Shown: positions 36,522 to 46,219 of the stretch, piece after piece
Position numbering within the stretch: position 1 is the stretch's first letter
Layout: each line of letters starts with the position of its first letter
Assembly (NCBI GenBank): GCA_937951895.1
Contig: CALFER010000038.1
Span: 67,029 to 131,028, forward strand
Source of the DNA: an uncultured bacterium
Lineage (GTDB): Bacteria > CSSED10-310 > CALFER01
Reading direction: 5' to 3'
DNA length: 64,000 nt
Translations under genes and position numbers: made by a program
The notes under the pieces: model-generated
Told to the model about the DNA's origin: nothing
What the model saw: only the letters and a program-made list of their open reading frames with translations
Databases searched by the model: none

Positions 36522-37535
36522 TCAGAGTCTGACCGCGGCCCCGCCCCAGGTCAGTCCGCCGCCGAATGCGACAAACAACACGGTCTGCCCCGGTTTGATC
36601 CGCCCGGTATCGCGCGCTTCCGCAAGAGCGATCGGGATGGACGCAGATGAGGTGTTCCCGATATGCGGCAGATTGATGAAGAACTTGCTGTCGTAGTCGA
36701 TTCCCAGGCGTTTGGCGACGGATTCCAGAATCCGGGTGTTGGCCTGATGCGGTATCACAAGATCGATGTCCTCAGGAGTCAGATTCCCGTGTTCCAGGGC
36801 TTTCTTTGCACTTTCAACCAGATTCGAGACGGCAAACTTATACACTTCGTTGCCCTTCATCTGCACATAATGCAGTTTCGCATCGATGCTCGCATGCGAT
36901 GCCGGCATCTCAGTGCCTCCCGCTGGAATCGTGATCAGCTCCTTCTGCCGGCCATCCGATCGGAAGTAGTACCCCAGCAATCCATTCCCGTTGCGGGCGG
37001 CCCCCATCACCACGGCTCCGGCACCGTCACCGAACAGAACACAGGTCGCCCGGTCTTCCATGTTGATGCATCGCGAGAGCAATTCACTGCCGACGACGAC
37101 GACATGTCGGGCAGCCCCGGAAAGAATCAGAGAATTCGCCACGATCATCCCGTAGATGAAGCCGGTGCAGGCGGCATTGAGATCGAAAGCGGCGGCATTC
37201 AACGCACCGATCTTCTCTTGAACGATCACGGCGGTCGACGGGATCTGCCGATCCTGCGTGCAGGTCGCGATAATCAGTACATCGATGTCCATAGGTTCCA
37301 GACCCGCGTCCCGGATGGCCCGACTCGCCGCACCGGCAGCGAAATCCGAGTTCATTTCAGTGGGTAACGCGAAATGACGCTCACGAATCCCCGTCCGCTC
37401 ACGGATCCACTCATCCGACGTTTCAACGATCTGCTCAAAATAATGATTATCCAACACCCGGTCAGGCAATGCGGAGCCAATTCCCAGAATGGCTGAGCGT
37501 GTGATTGACTTCGATGAATTCATCTCTAGTTCCAT
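36522..37535 (-). CDS. fabH: 3-oxoacyl-[acyl-carrier-protein] synthase III (KAS III)
   Basis: N-terminal AILGIGSALPDRVLDN. Active-site AACTGF (Cys), IPHQAN (His), FGGGLTWG (Asn region). 337 aa. The start may instead be the internal ATG at 37523. Confidence 0.9.
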   Translation of the reverse strand: MELEMNSSKSITRSAILGIGSALPDRVLDNHYFEQIVETSDEWIRERTGIRERHFALPTEMNSDFAAGAASRAIRDAGLEPMDIDVLIIATCTQDRQIPSTAVIVQEKIGALNAAAFDLNAACTGFIYGMIVANSLILSGAARHVVVVGSELLSRCINMEDRATCVLFGDGAGAVVMGAARNGNGLLGYYFRSDGRQKELITIPAGGTEMPASHASIDAKLHYVQMKGNEVYKFAVSNLVESAKKALEHGNLTPEDIDLVIPHQANTRILESVAKRLGIDYDSKFFINLPHIGNTSSASIPIALAEARDTGRIKPGQTVLFVAFGGGLTWGGAAVRL

Positions 37536-37552
37536 GGCAATTTGATCCCATA

Positions 37553-37600
37553 AAAAATAAGCCCGGACGAAGTAGGTGTTTCCGTGACGCCCGGGCTGGT
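37553..37600 (-). terminator. Putative rho-independent terminator downstream of the LemA-HtpX operon
   Basis: On the minus strand, agcccgg...(23-nt loop)...ccgggct is followed by tatttttt. The long loop lowers confidence. Confidence 0.3.
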
Positions 37601-37918
37601 TTTCGTGTTCCCTGAGATCTTCGAACGAGCCGACGACCTTCGTCGGTGGACCCCACGGCGCCGCGCGGGAAAAGTTGGTGTGGGGTGTTCCGATCCCGGG
37701 ATGCCGGAGAAATACTTATTCAATTCTCGTGCCAAGCAATTCGATCCGGTGAATCGCTTAATCTCCGAGCCGGAATTACAGACACATCCCATTGAGTTCG
37801 TAATCTTTTTCAGGTTTCGATATGGAACGGCCCGCCAGCCGCTACCGAGACCTGAGGTGTGTCAATCGCGCAACGCCATGCGCAGAAGCGCGAAGCATCG
37901 TTCGCAGCGATCTGTCTC

Positions 37919-39178
37919 TCAGATAACTCCCGCCTGACTCATTGCAGATGCCTGCGCGTCACCCATCATATGCTCAGTCCGGCATCTCAGACACCGGATA
38001 CGCGGCAGTCTGCACGCGGGCGGCACCTTCAGAGACGCGCCACAATCACATGCGATGTAGCGGTACTGCTTCGATTTCCAGATCGCATCCCGCGTCTCAC
38101 GCGCCCGGTCGATCGACGATTCATCGCCACCTGCCCCGCCTGCGATCGCAGCCGGCAGAATGGCTGATATCTGCGCGAGAGCCGATGCGGGAATCGATGA
38201 GGTTTTCGCTCCGGTCACCTTCCGGAACGCCTGATCATAGGATTGCAGGAATGTCCCTGAAACCCCCGGCCCCGCATTCATCTCCCGCAAGATCCGCACC
38301 CGCTCGGTCACCGGAGGATGCGTGCTGAAAAGCCCCTGGACCGATCGGGTCTTTTCAAGCGGATTGACCACACACATCGGTGCCACGACCCGATTGATCC
38401 TGGGGGACTTCAACACCGAAAGACCGATCTTTTCGAGCGCCCGGGCCAGGCCGTCCGGCAACCGCGTGAACTCGACGGCCGACGCATCCGCCAGATACTC
38501 GCGCTTGCGCGACGCCGCCATGTAGATCAGACGCGCCAGAATCGGCGCCAGTATCATCAACGCCAGCCCGACGACCAGAATAATGATCTGCGCCTGCCCG
38601 CTGTCGGAACTCCGGCTCCGCCGCCGCCCCCCGCCATAAAACAAACTCCTCACCGTAATGTCCGCAATCAGCACGATCGCCCCCATCATCACACCGATCA
38701 TCGTCATGAACAGAATGTCGCGGTTCCGCACATGCGCGATCTCATGCGCCATCACCCCCTGCAACTCATCCCGATCCAGCATGTTGAGGAGACCCGAGGT
38801 GATCGCAACGGCGGCATGAGCAGGATCCCTGCCGATCGAAAAGGCATTGGGCGCCGGATCGTCGATGATGTAGATATCCGGCATCGACGGGAGCATCGAG
38901 GCAATCGTCATTTCCTCGACGACATTGAACAGTTTCGGATGGTCCTCCTTCGAGATCTTCGTGGCTCCGGACACCGCCAGAAAGATTGTCCTGCCCTGGA
39001 AATACGCCACAAGACTCAGGATGATCCACACGACCGCGGCAACGGCGATTCCTGACACGCCCATGCCGGGCCCGACAAGCAACTCACCCGCAAGATAGCC
39101 GATCGCAATTAACAGACCGGCCATCACGACAACAAGTATCGCAGATTTTCTCCGATTGGACTGAATGATCTCCCACAC
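37919..39178 (-). CDS. M48-family zinc metalloprotease (HtpX-like) with C-terminal zinc-ribbon
   Basis: Two N-terminal TM helices. HEIAHVRNRD (HEXXH). Further TMs. C-terminal CDCG...CLRCRTEH Cys4 ribbon. Confidence 0.85.
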   Translation of the reverse strand: MWEIIQSNRRKSAILVVVMAGLLIAIGYLAGELLVGPGMGVSGIAVAAVVWIILSLVAYFQGRTIFLAVSGATKISKEDHPKLFNVVEEMTIASMLPSMPDIYIIDDPAPNAFSIGRDPAHAAVAITSGLLNMLDRDELQGVMAHEIAHVRNRDILFMTMIGVMMGAIVLIADITVRSLFYGGGRRRSRSSDSGQAQIIILVVGLALMILAPILARLIYMAASRKREYLADASAVEFTRLPDGLARALEKIGLSVLKSPRINRVVAPMCVVNPLEKTRSVQGLFSTHPPVTERVRILREMNAGPGVSGTFLQSYDQAFRKVTGAKTSSIPASALAQISAILPAAIAGGAGGDESSIDRARETRDAIWKSKQYRYIACDCGASLKVPPACRLPRIRCLRCRTEHMMGDAQASAMSQAGVI

Positions 39179-39214
39179 GTTCCGAATCCCGTTCTGATGC
39201 CGACCGGAAGCCGA

Positions 39215-39766
39215 TCAGAATGACACTTTCGGAACAGCACGCTCTTCCGGAGTTTCAATCTCGAAGAATTCAGACGCCTTGAAATTGAACATCCCGGCAA
39301 TGATGTTGGTCGGGACCATCTCGATCTTGTTGTTGTACCGCATGGTCGAATCATTATACGCCTGACGGGCGAACGAAATGCGGTTTTCAGTCGAGGTCAG
39401 CTCTTCCTGCAACGCAAGAAAGTTCTGGTTGGCCTTGAGATCCGGGTACGACTCGGCCAGAGCAAACAGTGACTTCAACGTGTTGGTCAGCATGCCCTCT
39501 GCCTTGCCGGATTCCGCCGCACCCTGCGCATTCATGGCCGCGGAACGCGCCTGAACCACCGCCTCCAGCGTTTCCCGCTCATGCTTGACATACCCTTTCA
39601 CGGTCTCGATCAGATTCGGAATGAGATCATGTCGACGCTTGAGCTGCACATCGATTTGCGACCAGGCATTGCGCACCATGTTCCGCGCAGCGACCAGACC
39701 ATTGTAAAGGCCGAAAACCCAGAGAACGATCACCACAAGAACCGCAATAAGAATCAAGAATGGCAT
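39215..39766 (-). CDS. lemA: LemA-family membrane protein
   Basis: [59 protein letters not shown]... is a full-length LemA match. It lies 36 nt upstream of the HtpX-like gene. Confidence 0.9.
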   Translation of the reverse strand: MPFLILIAVLVVIVLWVFGLYNGLVAARNMVRNAWSQIDVQLKRRHDLIPNLIETVKGYVKHERETLEAVVQARSAAMNAQGAAESGKAEGMLTNTLKSLFALAESYPDLKANQNFLALQEELTSTENRISFARQAYNDSTMRYNNKIEMVPTNIIAGMFNFKASEFFEIETPEERAVPKVSF

Positions 39767-39802
39767 AGCGAACCTCCCTTGAGGATGGTTACGACTGACG
39801 CA

Positions 39803-40216
39803 TCATGAACGGTCGGCGCGATCGAGCGCCTCCCCGAGAAACTCGGCGATGGTGCGAACCGGCGCTTCGAGATCGGTTCGGCCGGATCCGAGCGCGACGG
39901 CGATCCGGGACATCTCACCGGCATCGAACCAGACCCCGTCACCGTTCGGACACCGATCGACAATCACGTCACCCGGCATGCTCCGCTTATCCATCAGTTT
40001 CAGGCACAGCGGACAGCGGCGGCGGGCTTCGTGAACGAGAGTCTGAACTTCCATGAAATTCGGCTGCCGAAGTCCTTCCGGCATGCCGGCGTGCTCGAGC
40101 AGCAGACGGATTTCTTCGGCATCGAACCACACTCCCATGCACGTCGGGCAGTAATCGAGTTCAATCCGGTGATACTCGAAGACAACCATGCAAGACTGGC
40201 AGACCGGGCAATCCAT
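39803..40216 (-). CDS. Tandem zinc-ribbon (zf-TFIIB-like) domain protein
   Basis: Two copies of CPxC...Y/RCPxC..GVWFDAxE (CPVCQSCM...YCPTCMGVWFDAEEI; CPLCLKLM...RCPNGDGVWFDAGEM). Confidence 0.6.
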   Translation of the reverse strand: MDCPVCQSCMVVFEYHRIELDYCPTCMGVWFDAEEIRLLLEHAGMPEGLRQPNFMEVQTLVHEARRRCPLCLKLMDKRSMPGDVIVDRCPNGDGVWFDAGEMSRIAVALGSGRTDLEAPVRTIAEFLGEALDRADRS

Positions 40217-40408
40217 AGAGGTAGATTATAAGTCGATCGGCCCTGAAACGCAAACCGATCCACCGATTACACAGATTTGTCGGATTTGGTTGTGCGTTGC
40301 CGGTTCTCATCAGCGTTCTGCATCGCTTCGATGCGATTACAGGAGAATCGCTCAATCGTGCATTTCATGTCCGGCTGTGATAGTCACTCTGTCAGGGGCA
40401 AGGCCATC

Positions 40409-41496
40409 ATGAATCACCTTGATCGCTTTCATGAGATTCTCCGGCACCGTGGAATGCGAAACAGCGCCATTCACGGCATCCGCCGCATGTTGGCATACCG
40501 GAACATCACTCTGTTCGGCCCGGATATGATCCGCATCAACCCGATGAGTGCGATCTGCAACCACCGATGCTCCATGTGCTGGCTCCAGACGATCCCCGAA
40601 GACACCCGGAAAAACCTCATCCGACAAGACCAGCACGAACGGATGAACGCACCGGACTACGACAGGCTTCTCCGGAGCATGCCTGCAGGCCTCCGCGAGG
40701 TCAATGTCGTCGGTGGAGGCGAACCACTCCTCCACCCGGAAATCCACTCGATATTCCGATCGATCAAACGTCGCGGCTACCGCGGAAGTCTCATCACGAA
40801 CGGCACGAATCTGACTCCGGAACTCGCGGAAGACCTGACCAATATCCAATGGGACCATATCCGGATATCTATCAGCGCAGGCGACCGTGACACGTATCAT
40901 CGGGTTCAGGGTGTGGATCGATTCGACCGCCTGATCCGGAACGTTCGCATCCTGAACCGATTCCGATCCACGAAATCCCGTCCGCGCATGCATCTGTCCG
41001 TGTTTCACGTTCTTCAGAGGGACAACATCTCAAATCCATCATTGCTGTTCGGGATTGCCGAGCAATTGGAAGCCGATTTTATTGAATTCGACCCGTTGAT
41101 TCCTCTGAATCCTGATTTGGCGCTGAGTCACGACGAACTGGCAACAGCGATCGAATTGCTGCCGAAAACAGCCGCCCGCTCATCTGTCCCGAGTAATGTT
41201 TCTGAAATAGTATCGAATCTCAGAAAGCAACTCGAAGTCAACGACATCCGGACCGCCTTCATTCCGGCCCGCAGATGCTCGGTCGGATACGATCAATGCT
41301 TCATCCAGCAAACGGCGATGTGTATCCCTGTTGTTTCAGCGATGAAAAGATGGGTAATGTAAAATCTGCATCATTCAGGGAAATCTGGCAGGGGGAGGAG
41401 TTTGAGGCGTTCCGTCGACGCCTGATGAACGGGAAATTCGCGTATTACTGCATCGAGAAACAATGTTCGCTGCCGAGCGTGCTGCTGAACCGTTAG
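40409..41496 (+). pseudogene. Radical SAM/SPASM-domain enzyme interrupted by a +1/-1 frameshift near 41285-41300
   Basis: Frame 1 carries CNHRCSMC (CxxxCxxC) and the radical SAM core up to ...RRCSVG. The SPASM continuation (...HPANGDVYPCCF...GNV...FREIW) is in a different frame (track ORF 41275..41496). Confidence 0.6.
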
Positions 41497-41511
41497 ATCC
41501 CGATCACCCTA

Positions 41512-41889
41512 TCAGCCGTTGGCAGGAATCTCCTCAACCGGAACGATCAGCCCCGTTCCACGATCGATCGCGTCCAGCGTGAACTCCGATTCGGTCACCC
41601 GAAAGTACACTTCGATCCGACACTCGCCACGGGGGCACGCAGGAAAATCGTGAACCCGATACTCCGCCATTTTGACGCAATCCGACACATCCGACGCGGA
41701 GTCATCCCCGAAATACATGGAAATCCGGATGGTTGTCTGCTGATCTTCCGTCGTGCCGAACATCCGGGTTCTGACCGCTGGAACCCTGTCCCCGCGATGG
41801 TGGATCGGAACAAATTTGGACTCCAGCGCTTCCAGCCCGATCGCCCCTGCCAAACGCCCATTTTCGACCCACAAGGTGCGCAGCTTCAT
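41512..41889 (-). CDS. Hypothetical cytoplasmic protein, last gene of cytochrome/YeeE operon
   Basis: AGGAGGA RBS then ATG at 41889 (MKLRTLWVENGRL...). No recognisable motifs. Confidence 0.45.
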   Translation of the reverse strand: MKLRTLWVENGRLAGAIGLEALESKFVPIHHRGDRVPAVRTRMFGTTEDQQTTIRISMYFGDDSASDVSDCVKMAEYRVHDFPACPRGECRIEVYFRVTESEFTLDAIDRGTGLIVPVEEIPANG

Positions 41890-41966
41890 TAAACTCCTCC
41901 TCGTGCGTTCAATCGTGAGATCTCTGAATTTCAGTGAGTCTATTATACCGCGCGAATCTTTCAGGA

Positions 41967-42605
41967 TCAACCGCACCCACCGGATTTCCGGGCCTGGCTC
42001 TGCGTCTTCACCTTTTTTTCAAACACGCGCGTCCCCTCAAGCTTTACGTCGGGGCGTGACACGGCATGACGCCCCCCCAACGCTGCCGTGAACCGATACG
42101 CGAGCACCTCGTCCCCCGAGCCTCCACCCGTGTCGATCACCTCCCGTTTCACTACCTCCGCCGGATTGCCAAACGCCGCCAGCCAGCCGTTCGCCCCACC
42201 CTCCAGCACATATGCATTCGTGACATGCAGCAGTTTCAACCGTTTCCAAGCCTCAACCGCGTCGGTCTCACCGTTCGACATCACAACGACCACCGCGTTT
42301 GACGGCAGTTCGGACCAGTGAAACCGTTCGAGATCGTCGATGTCACCCCGCACGGCATCCGCCAGATGAAACAGGTTGAAATCGCGTTCGGAACGCACAT
42401 CCAGAATCGTCAGAGTAATCCCGTGATCATACAGAAGCTGCAACAATTCGCCCGGATCGATCAGGATCGAGCGGCTGTCGAGCATCGGCTTGTACTTGGT
42501 CTCCATGCGGCGCCAGCGGGTCTCGAACGACGGTTGCCCCTTCACGATCAATCCCGCCGCAATCAGGCACAACACCAGTGCCATCCACTTCGTCCAATGC
42601 CTCAT
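41967..42605 (-). CDS. Membrane-anchored rhodanese-like domain protein (catalytic Cys apparently replaced by Ser)
   Basis: N-terminal anchor WMALVLCLIAAGLIV. Rhodanese-like core ...ITLTILDVRSERDFNLFHLADAV...AVVVVMSNGETDAVEAW...GGANGWL. The position where rhodaneses carry Cys(R/K)xGx(R/T) reads SNGETD (by-eye alignment). ATGA overlap with the upstream gene. Confidence 0.65.
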   Translation of the reverse strand: MRHWTKWMALVLCLIAAGLIVKGQPSFETRWRRMETKYKPMLDSRSILIDPGELLQLLYDHGITLTILDVRSERDFNLFHLADAVRGDIDDLERFHWSELPSNAVVVVMSNGETDAVEAWKRLKLLHVTNAYVLEGGANGWLAAFGNPAEVVKREVIDTGGGSGDEVLAYRFTAALGGRHAVSRPDVKLEGTRVFEKKVKTQSQARKSGGCG

Positions 42606-43207
42606 GTGCCGGTCTCCTCTTTCTTCGCCAATACCAGCCGATCCCTCACCCATGCCCCTCCGGCAAACATTCCGATAGCCATCACCACGACCATCAGAAC
42701 AACCACGCCGGTATCGAGCCCGAACACATCCATCAGCGTGAGGCGTCCCAGGTAGCTCGAATTGTAAAAATCGGAGAAGGATTCCACGGTTTCACCGAAA
42801 ACGAAGATACCGGTGAATACTCCGAGCACAAAGAAGGCGCCGTCGAGTTTGAGTGTGGCGAGACTGACCAGCGAGGTGCCCGGACAGAAGCCCCCGACGA
42901 TGAATCCGACCCCCATGATGAGCCCGCCTGTGATGCCCGGCCACAGATAGGTCGGGTTCACCCAGATCGCCTCGTAATCGAGCCACCCCAGCGAAACGGC
43001 CCAGAACACGAGTAACATGGCGGTGACGATGGCGGTGAACATGACCTGGAGCACCGCGAGATCCTTGAAGTAGAATTGTCCGGCGAGCTTGCGCGAGTCA
43101 CCGAAGCCGGCCGATTCGAGGATGAAACCGAACGCGAGACCGATCGCGAAATAGATCAGGTTGGCGCCCCACGGGCTCACAAGTTCAGGCAGGTTCAACG
43201 GAAACAT
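42602..43207 (-). CDS. YeeE/YedE-family sulfur-compound transporter half (TsuA/PmpB-like)
   Basis: About 5 TM. Signature GGFCPGTS in a re-entrant loop. Confidence 0.8.
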   Translation of the reverse strand: MFPLNLPELVSPWGANLIYFAIGLAFGFILESAGFGDSRKLAGQFYFKDLAVLQVMFTAIVTAMLLVFWAVSLGWLDYEAIWVNPTYLWPGITGGLIMGVGFIVGGFCPGTSLVSLATLKLDGAFFVLGVFTGIFVFGETVESFSDFYNSSYLGRLTLMDVFGLDTGVVVLMVVVMAIGMFAGGAWVRDRLVLAKKEETGT

Positions 43208-43216
43208 ACCGGCCTC

Positions 43217-43771
43217 CTAGTTCCACGCCTTGCGCAGGAAGTACGCGAGCGCATAAGCGGAGGCGAAAATCGACAGCATGAAGGCCCAGGAACCGGCCGA
43301 CAGAACGCACCCGCCGGACAGCGCCTGCCCGGATGTGCACCCGCGCGCAAGCCTTGCACCATACCCCATGATCGCGCCTCCGAGAAACGCCATTGCCCAT
43401 CGCGTGGATTTGCTGATCCGCGGCCCTTTCCGGGTCTCGATGCGCAGGCGCCGGTGTATCAAACCGGATAAAAATCCGCCGACCAGCGCGCCGAGAATTT
43501 CAATCACAATCCAGTTGTTGAGGGGCTTGCGATCGCCTCCGGCCAGAGTGGCCAGATTCGGCGTTCGATCGACGTACGAGGGAACCACGAGATCCTCGAT
43601 GGCGACGATGACCCGTTGAATGCCTCCCGAAGCCCCCAACCCGTTCCCCGTCAGCAGAAACGATGTAAACAGCAACACACCGAGCGCTGCGCCGGCGATG
43701 TACGAATTCCAGTACACCGGCCGATCAACAGTCGGATCCACATCAGTTTTTCCGATGGCCATCTTCGACAT
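43217..43771 (-). CDS. YeeE/YedE-family sulfur-compound transporter half (TsuA/PmpA-like)
   Basis: Signature RLARGCTSGQALSG. Multiple TM. The start (43771, or the internal ATG at 43762) overlaps the end of the cytochrome b gene. Confidence 0.8.
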   Translation of the reverse strand: MSKMAIGKTDVDPTVDRPVYWNSYIAGAALGVLLFTSFLLTGNGLGASGGIQRVIVAIEDLVVPSYVDRTPNLATLAGGDRKPLNNWIVIEILGALVGGFLSGLIHRRLRIETRKGPRISKSTRWAMAFLGGAIMGYGARLARGCTSGQALSGGCVLSAGSWAFMLSIFASAYALAYFLRKAWN

Positions 43772-44369
43772 CCTCCCATCCGGTAATCATCGCCGTAATG
43801 CTCGACAGCGGCGTATGACCCGTGGTGGTCAAATAGACATGCATGATCACGAATGCACCGAAGAGCCATGCCGCGAGCGTATGCAGCGTTGCAAGCAGCG
43901 CCAGCCCGCCGGCATACTCGATAAGCGACGGCCAGAAATGTGCACTCATCAGTATCAACCCGGTCACAAGTTGAAACGGCAGCAGGACATTCAGAATCGC
44001 CAGATATGTGATCTTCTGCAGAGGATTCAGCTTCCGGTCCGGTGATTTCTCGAATGGGTGCGGATCTCCCCGGAAAATGCCTCCGAGATAAAACACGGCC
44101 TGCCGGATGGATGCCGAGAAGAAATCGCGGGGTTCCGGAATGAACTGCCGGAGCTGGTTGGTGAAGATATGATAGAGCAACCCCAGACCGGCATTGATAA
44201 CGAAAATGAAGCCGAAAGCCACATGAATGCGGGATGCGAGATTGAAGCACATGAGGAGGCGGTTCGGGAGGTGGATCTCGAGTCCCGTGTAGAGCAACAC
44301 GAGAATCACGAACGCCTGCATCCAGTGCCAGGCTCGTTCATGAAACGAATACATGTAGACACGCTTCAT
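43743..44369 (-). CDS. Dihaem b-type cytochrome, prokaryotic cytochrome b561 / Ni-Fe hydrogenase cytochrome-b family
   Basis: 208 aa, four TM helices carrying His pairs (HWMQAFVILVLLYTGLEIH; RIHVAFGFIFVINAGLGLLYHIF; LATLHTLAAWLFGAFVIMHVY). ATGA overlap with the upstream heptaheme gene. Confidence 0.65.
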   Translation of the reverse strand: MKRVYMYSFHERAWHWMQAFVILVLLYTGLEIHLPNRLLMCFNLASRIHVAFGFIFVINAGLGLLYHIFTNQLRQFIPEPRDFFSASIRQAVFYLGGIFRGDPHPFEKSPDRKLNPLQKITYLAILNVLLPFQLVTGLILMSAHFWPSLIEYAGGLALLATLHTLAAWLFGAFVIMHVYLTTTGHTPLSSITAMITGWEDVEDGHRKN

Positions 44370-46219
44370 TGCCGTCTCCTCCGCCCCGTCACGATCCGGG
44401 CGCTGCCATGCACCGCCACTCCGAATACCACGACCGCCATGAAGCCGATCCCGATCCGATTCACCGCGGCATTCCGATCAGCGCCCGGCACATAGAACTC
44501 CGGTGCGTCATCACCCTCCCGGTTCATCCGAGCCACCCATCGGCCGTCCGTTGCACGAACGATCCTTCCGGCATCCCCGATTCCTCCCGTCCTGCGCAGC
44601 GCCGGTTCCGCATCGAACGGAGCGGTCGGCGACACCTCCAGATCGGCATACAGCCGCGACTCCCCGGCATGACATGACACACACTCGCACAACGCGAACT
44701 CGCGACGCATCACACCGTGGTGAATACCGAACGGCTGTGCGTCACCCTCGATGCGCGGGTTCACGACGCCTGCATCGGTCAGGCGCGCCGCGACCCAGTC
44801 CCGTTTGTCCCGTGTATCGAGAATCAACTCCTCATCCGAAAGCACGCCGTCACGGTTCGAGTCGAAGCGTTCGAGCGCTTCAGGGCGGCAGGCAACGCCG
44901 TCATGGAATACGGCGGCAACGATCGCTGGCGACACACGTTGCGGAGGATCACCGGCCGTCCAGAACCAAGTCGTCACGACGTTGAACGGCGCGAGCCGCG
45001 TTCGGGCGTCCTCGTCGAGTCTCGGCCAGAAAACCGGCTGAAACCCGGTCACATGCGCATTGGGATCACCCCATTCTCCCTCGATGCCCCGATACCGCAC
45101 GCCCCCCTTGCCGTCTGCTCCGGCAACCGTCCAATCGATTTCACGCACGGCCGCCATGGGCGATGTCGGGATATGGCACGCCTCACAACTCAATTTCTGA
45201 AAGTGGAGTTCGGGGTAAGGAAGCCACCGGTGCATCGGTCCGGCGTCATGACAGGTCTCACATCGACGCATCGTCACAGGCTCGTTCGAGGGGTCGGCAT
45301 CCATGGACCCGCGGCCCCGGGCAAACTGATGTGACGGCCGGTGGAGATACTCGCTGAAGGACTGCCGTCGCGTATCGAAGCGCAGGTGGAGGGGACGCGT
45401 GGCGGCGATTTCGAGTGAATAAGCCGGGTTATTGAGCGAGAAGTGGCAGTGCGAGCATCGCATGACACGCTCGGCATGCACATCCCAGGGTCGGATCGTC
45501 TGTTCCTTGCTGACCGTGCTGATACCGGAATCGTTGATTCGCTGGCCCGAGAAAATCGAACCGGTGCGCAGGGTCATCGTCAATTCGGCGGGGTTTCCTT
45601 CCGGGATAACGAGCGGGGCGCTTCCCCGGTGCACCAGGCCATGACAGGCACCGCAGTTTTCATCAGTCGGCCCTCTCAACGCGATCCGGTCGATCGGCCA
45701 CCGCCCCTGTTCCGATAGCGCATCCCGTTTCCAGATCCAGGAATCACCTACGCGAGCGACCAGGCCGGTCCGGCCGAGCGATGCCGTGACGGCCCATTCG
45801 AATCGCTCCCGGCGCATCTCACCCATCATCGCTTCACGATCGACCGTCTCGATGTGGCACAGAAAGCAGTTCATTTCGAAACCGAGTTCCCGGGCGGGTC
45901 CGCCGCCGACATGCCGACGGCCGTAAGTCTTGAGCCAATCCGCGTCGAACGGCACGTCGGAACCCGGATCCGGCGATTCGAATTCGTATGCCACCCGTTG
46001 CTGCGGACGCACATGATCGCTGTGGGAGTCGATGTATTCCGTATCATGACACTGTCCGCAAGTTTTCATCGTCGAGACAGGATTATGGGATTCGATGACC
46101 TTATAACCCTCCACGTCCAGCAAATCGAACTCGGGATGAATCCGATTCTGCGACGCGGAGAGGCCATCCCAGCCGAGAATCAATGTGGCGATCGAGACAG
46201 CGATCATACGCATGTTCAT
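44366..46219 (-). CDS. Heptaheme c-type cytochrome with C-terminal membrane anchor
   Basis: Signal peptide. Seven CXXCH motifs (CGQCH, CFLCH, CGACH, CSHCH, CETCH, CEACH, CVSCH). EF-hand/dockerin-like loop DSNRDGVLSDEE. C-terminal hydrophobic helix plus RRRRQ tail. Confidence 0.8.
   Translation of the reverse strand: MNMRMIAVSIATLILGWDGLSASQNRIHPEFDLLDVEGYKVIESHNPVSTMKTCGQCHDTEYIDSHSDHVRPQQRVAYEFESPDPGSDVPFDADWLKTYGRRHVGGGPARELGFEMNCFLCHIETVDREAMMGEMRRERFEWAVTASLGRTGLVARVGDSWIWKRDALSEQGRWPIDRIALRGPTDENCGACHGLVHRGSAPLVIPEGNPAELTMTLRTGSIFSGQRINDSGISTVSKEQTIRPWDVHAERVMRCSHCHFSLNNPAYSLEIAATRPLHLRFDTRRQSFSEYLHRPSHQFARGRGSMDADPSNEPVTMRRCETCHDAGPMHRWLPYPELHFQKLSCEACHIPTSPMAAVREIDWTVAGADGKGGVRYRGIEGEWGDPNAHVTGFQPVFWPRLDEDARTRLAPFNVVTTWFWTAGDPPQRVSPAIVAAVFHDGVACRPEALERFDSNRDGVLSDEELILDTRDKRDWVAARLTDAGVVNPRIEGDAQPFGIHHGVMRREFALCECVSCHAGESRLYADLEVSPTAPFDAEPALRRTGGIGDAGRIVRATDGRWVARMNREGDDAPEFYVPGADRNAAVNRIGIGFMAVVVFGVAVHGSARIVTGRRRRQ

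Noticed and set aside
37690-37720. tRNA-like T-loop sequence gtggggtgttccgatcccggg
   Set aside because: I could not fold the flanks into acceptor, D and anticodon arms. No tRNA or other RNA gene can be supported by eye.
39803-40216. Considered the tandem zinc-ribbon protein as a RiPP precursor for the adjacent radical SAM/SPASM enzyme
   Set aside because: At 137 aa it has two structured zf-TFIIB-like ribbon domains, is divergently transcribed, and lacks a leader/core peptide organisation.
40352-41008. 218-aa minus-strand ORF inside the radical SAM/SPASM gene
   Set aside because: It is antisense to an ORF carrying CxxxCxxC and SPASM motifs, and has no motifs of its own.
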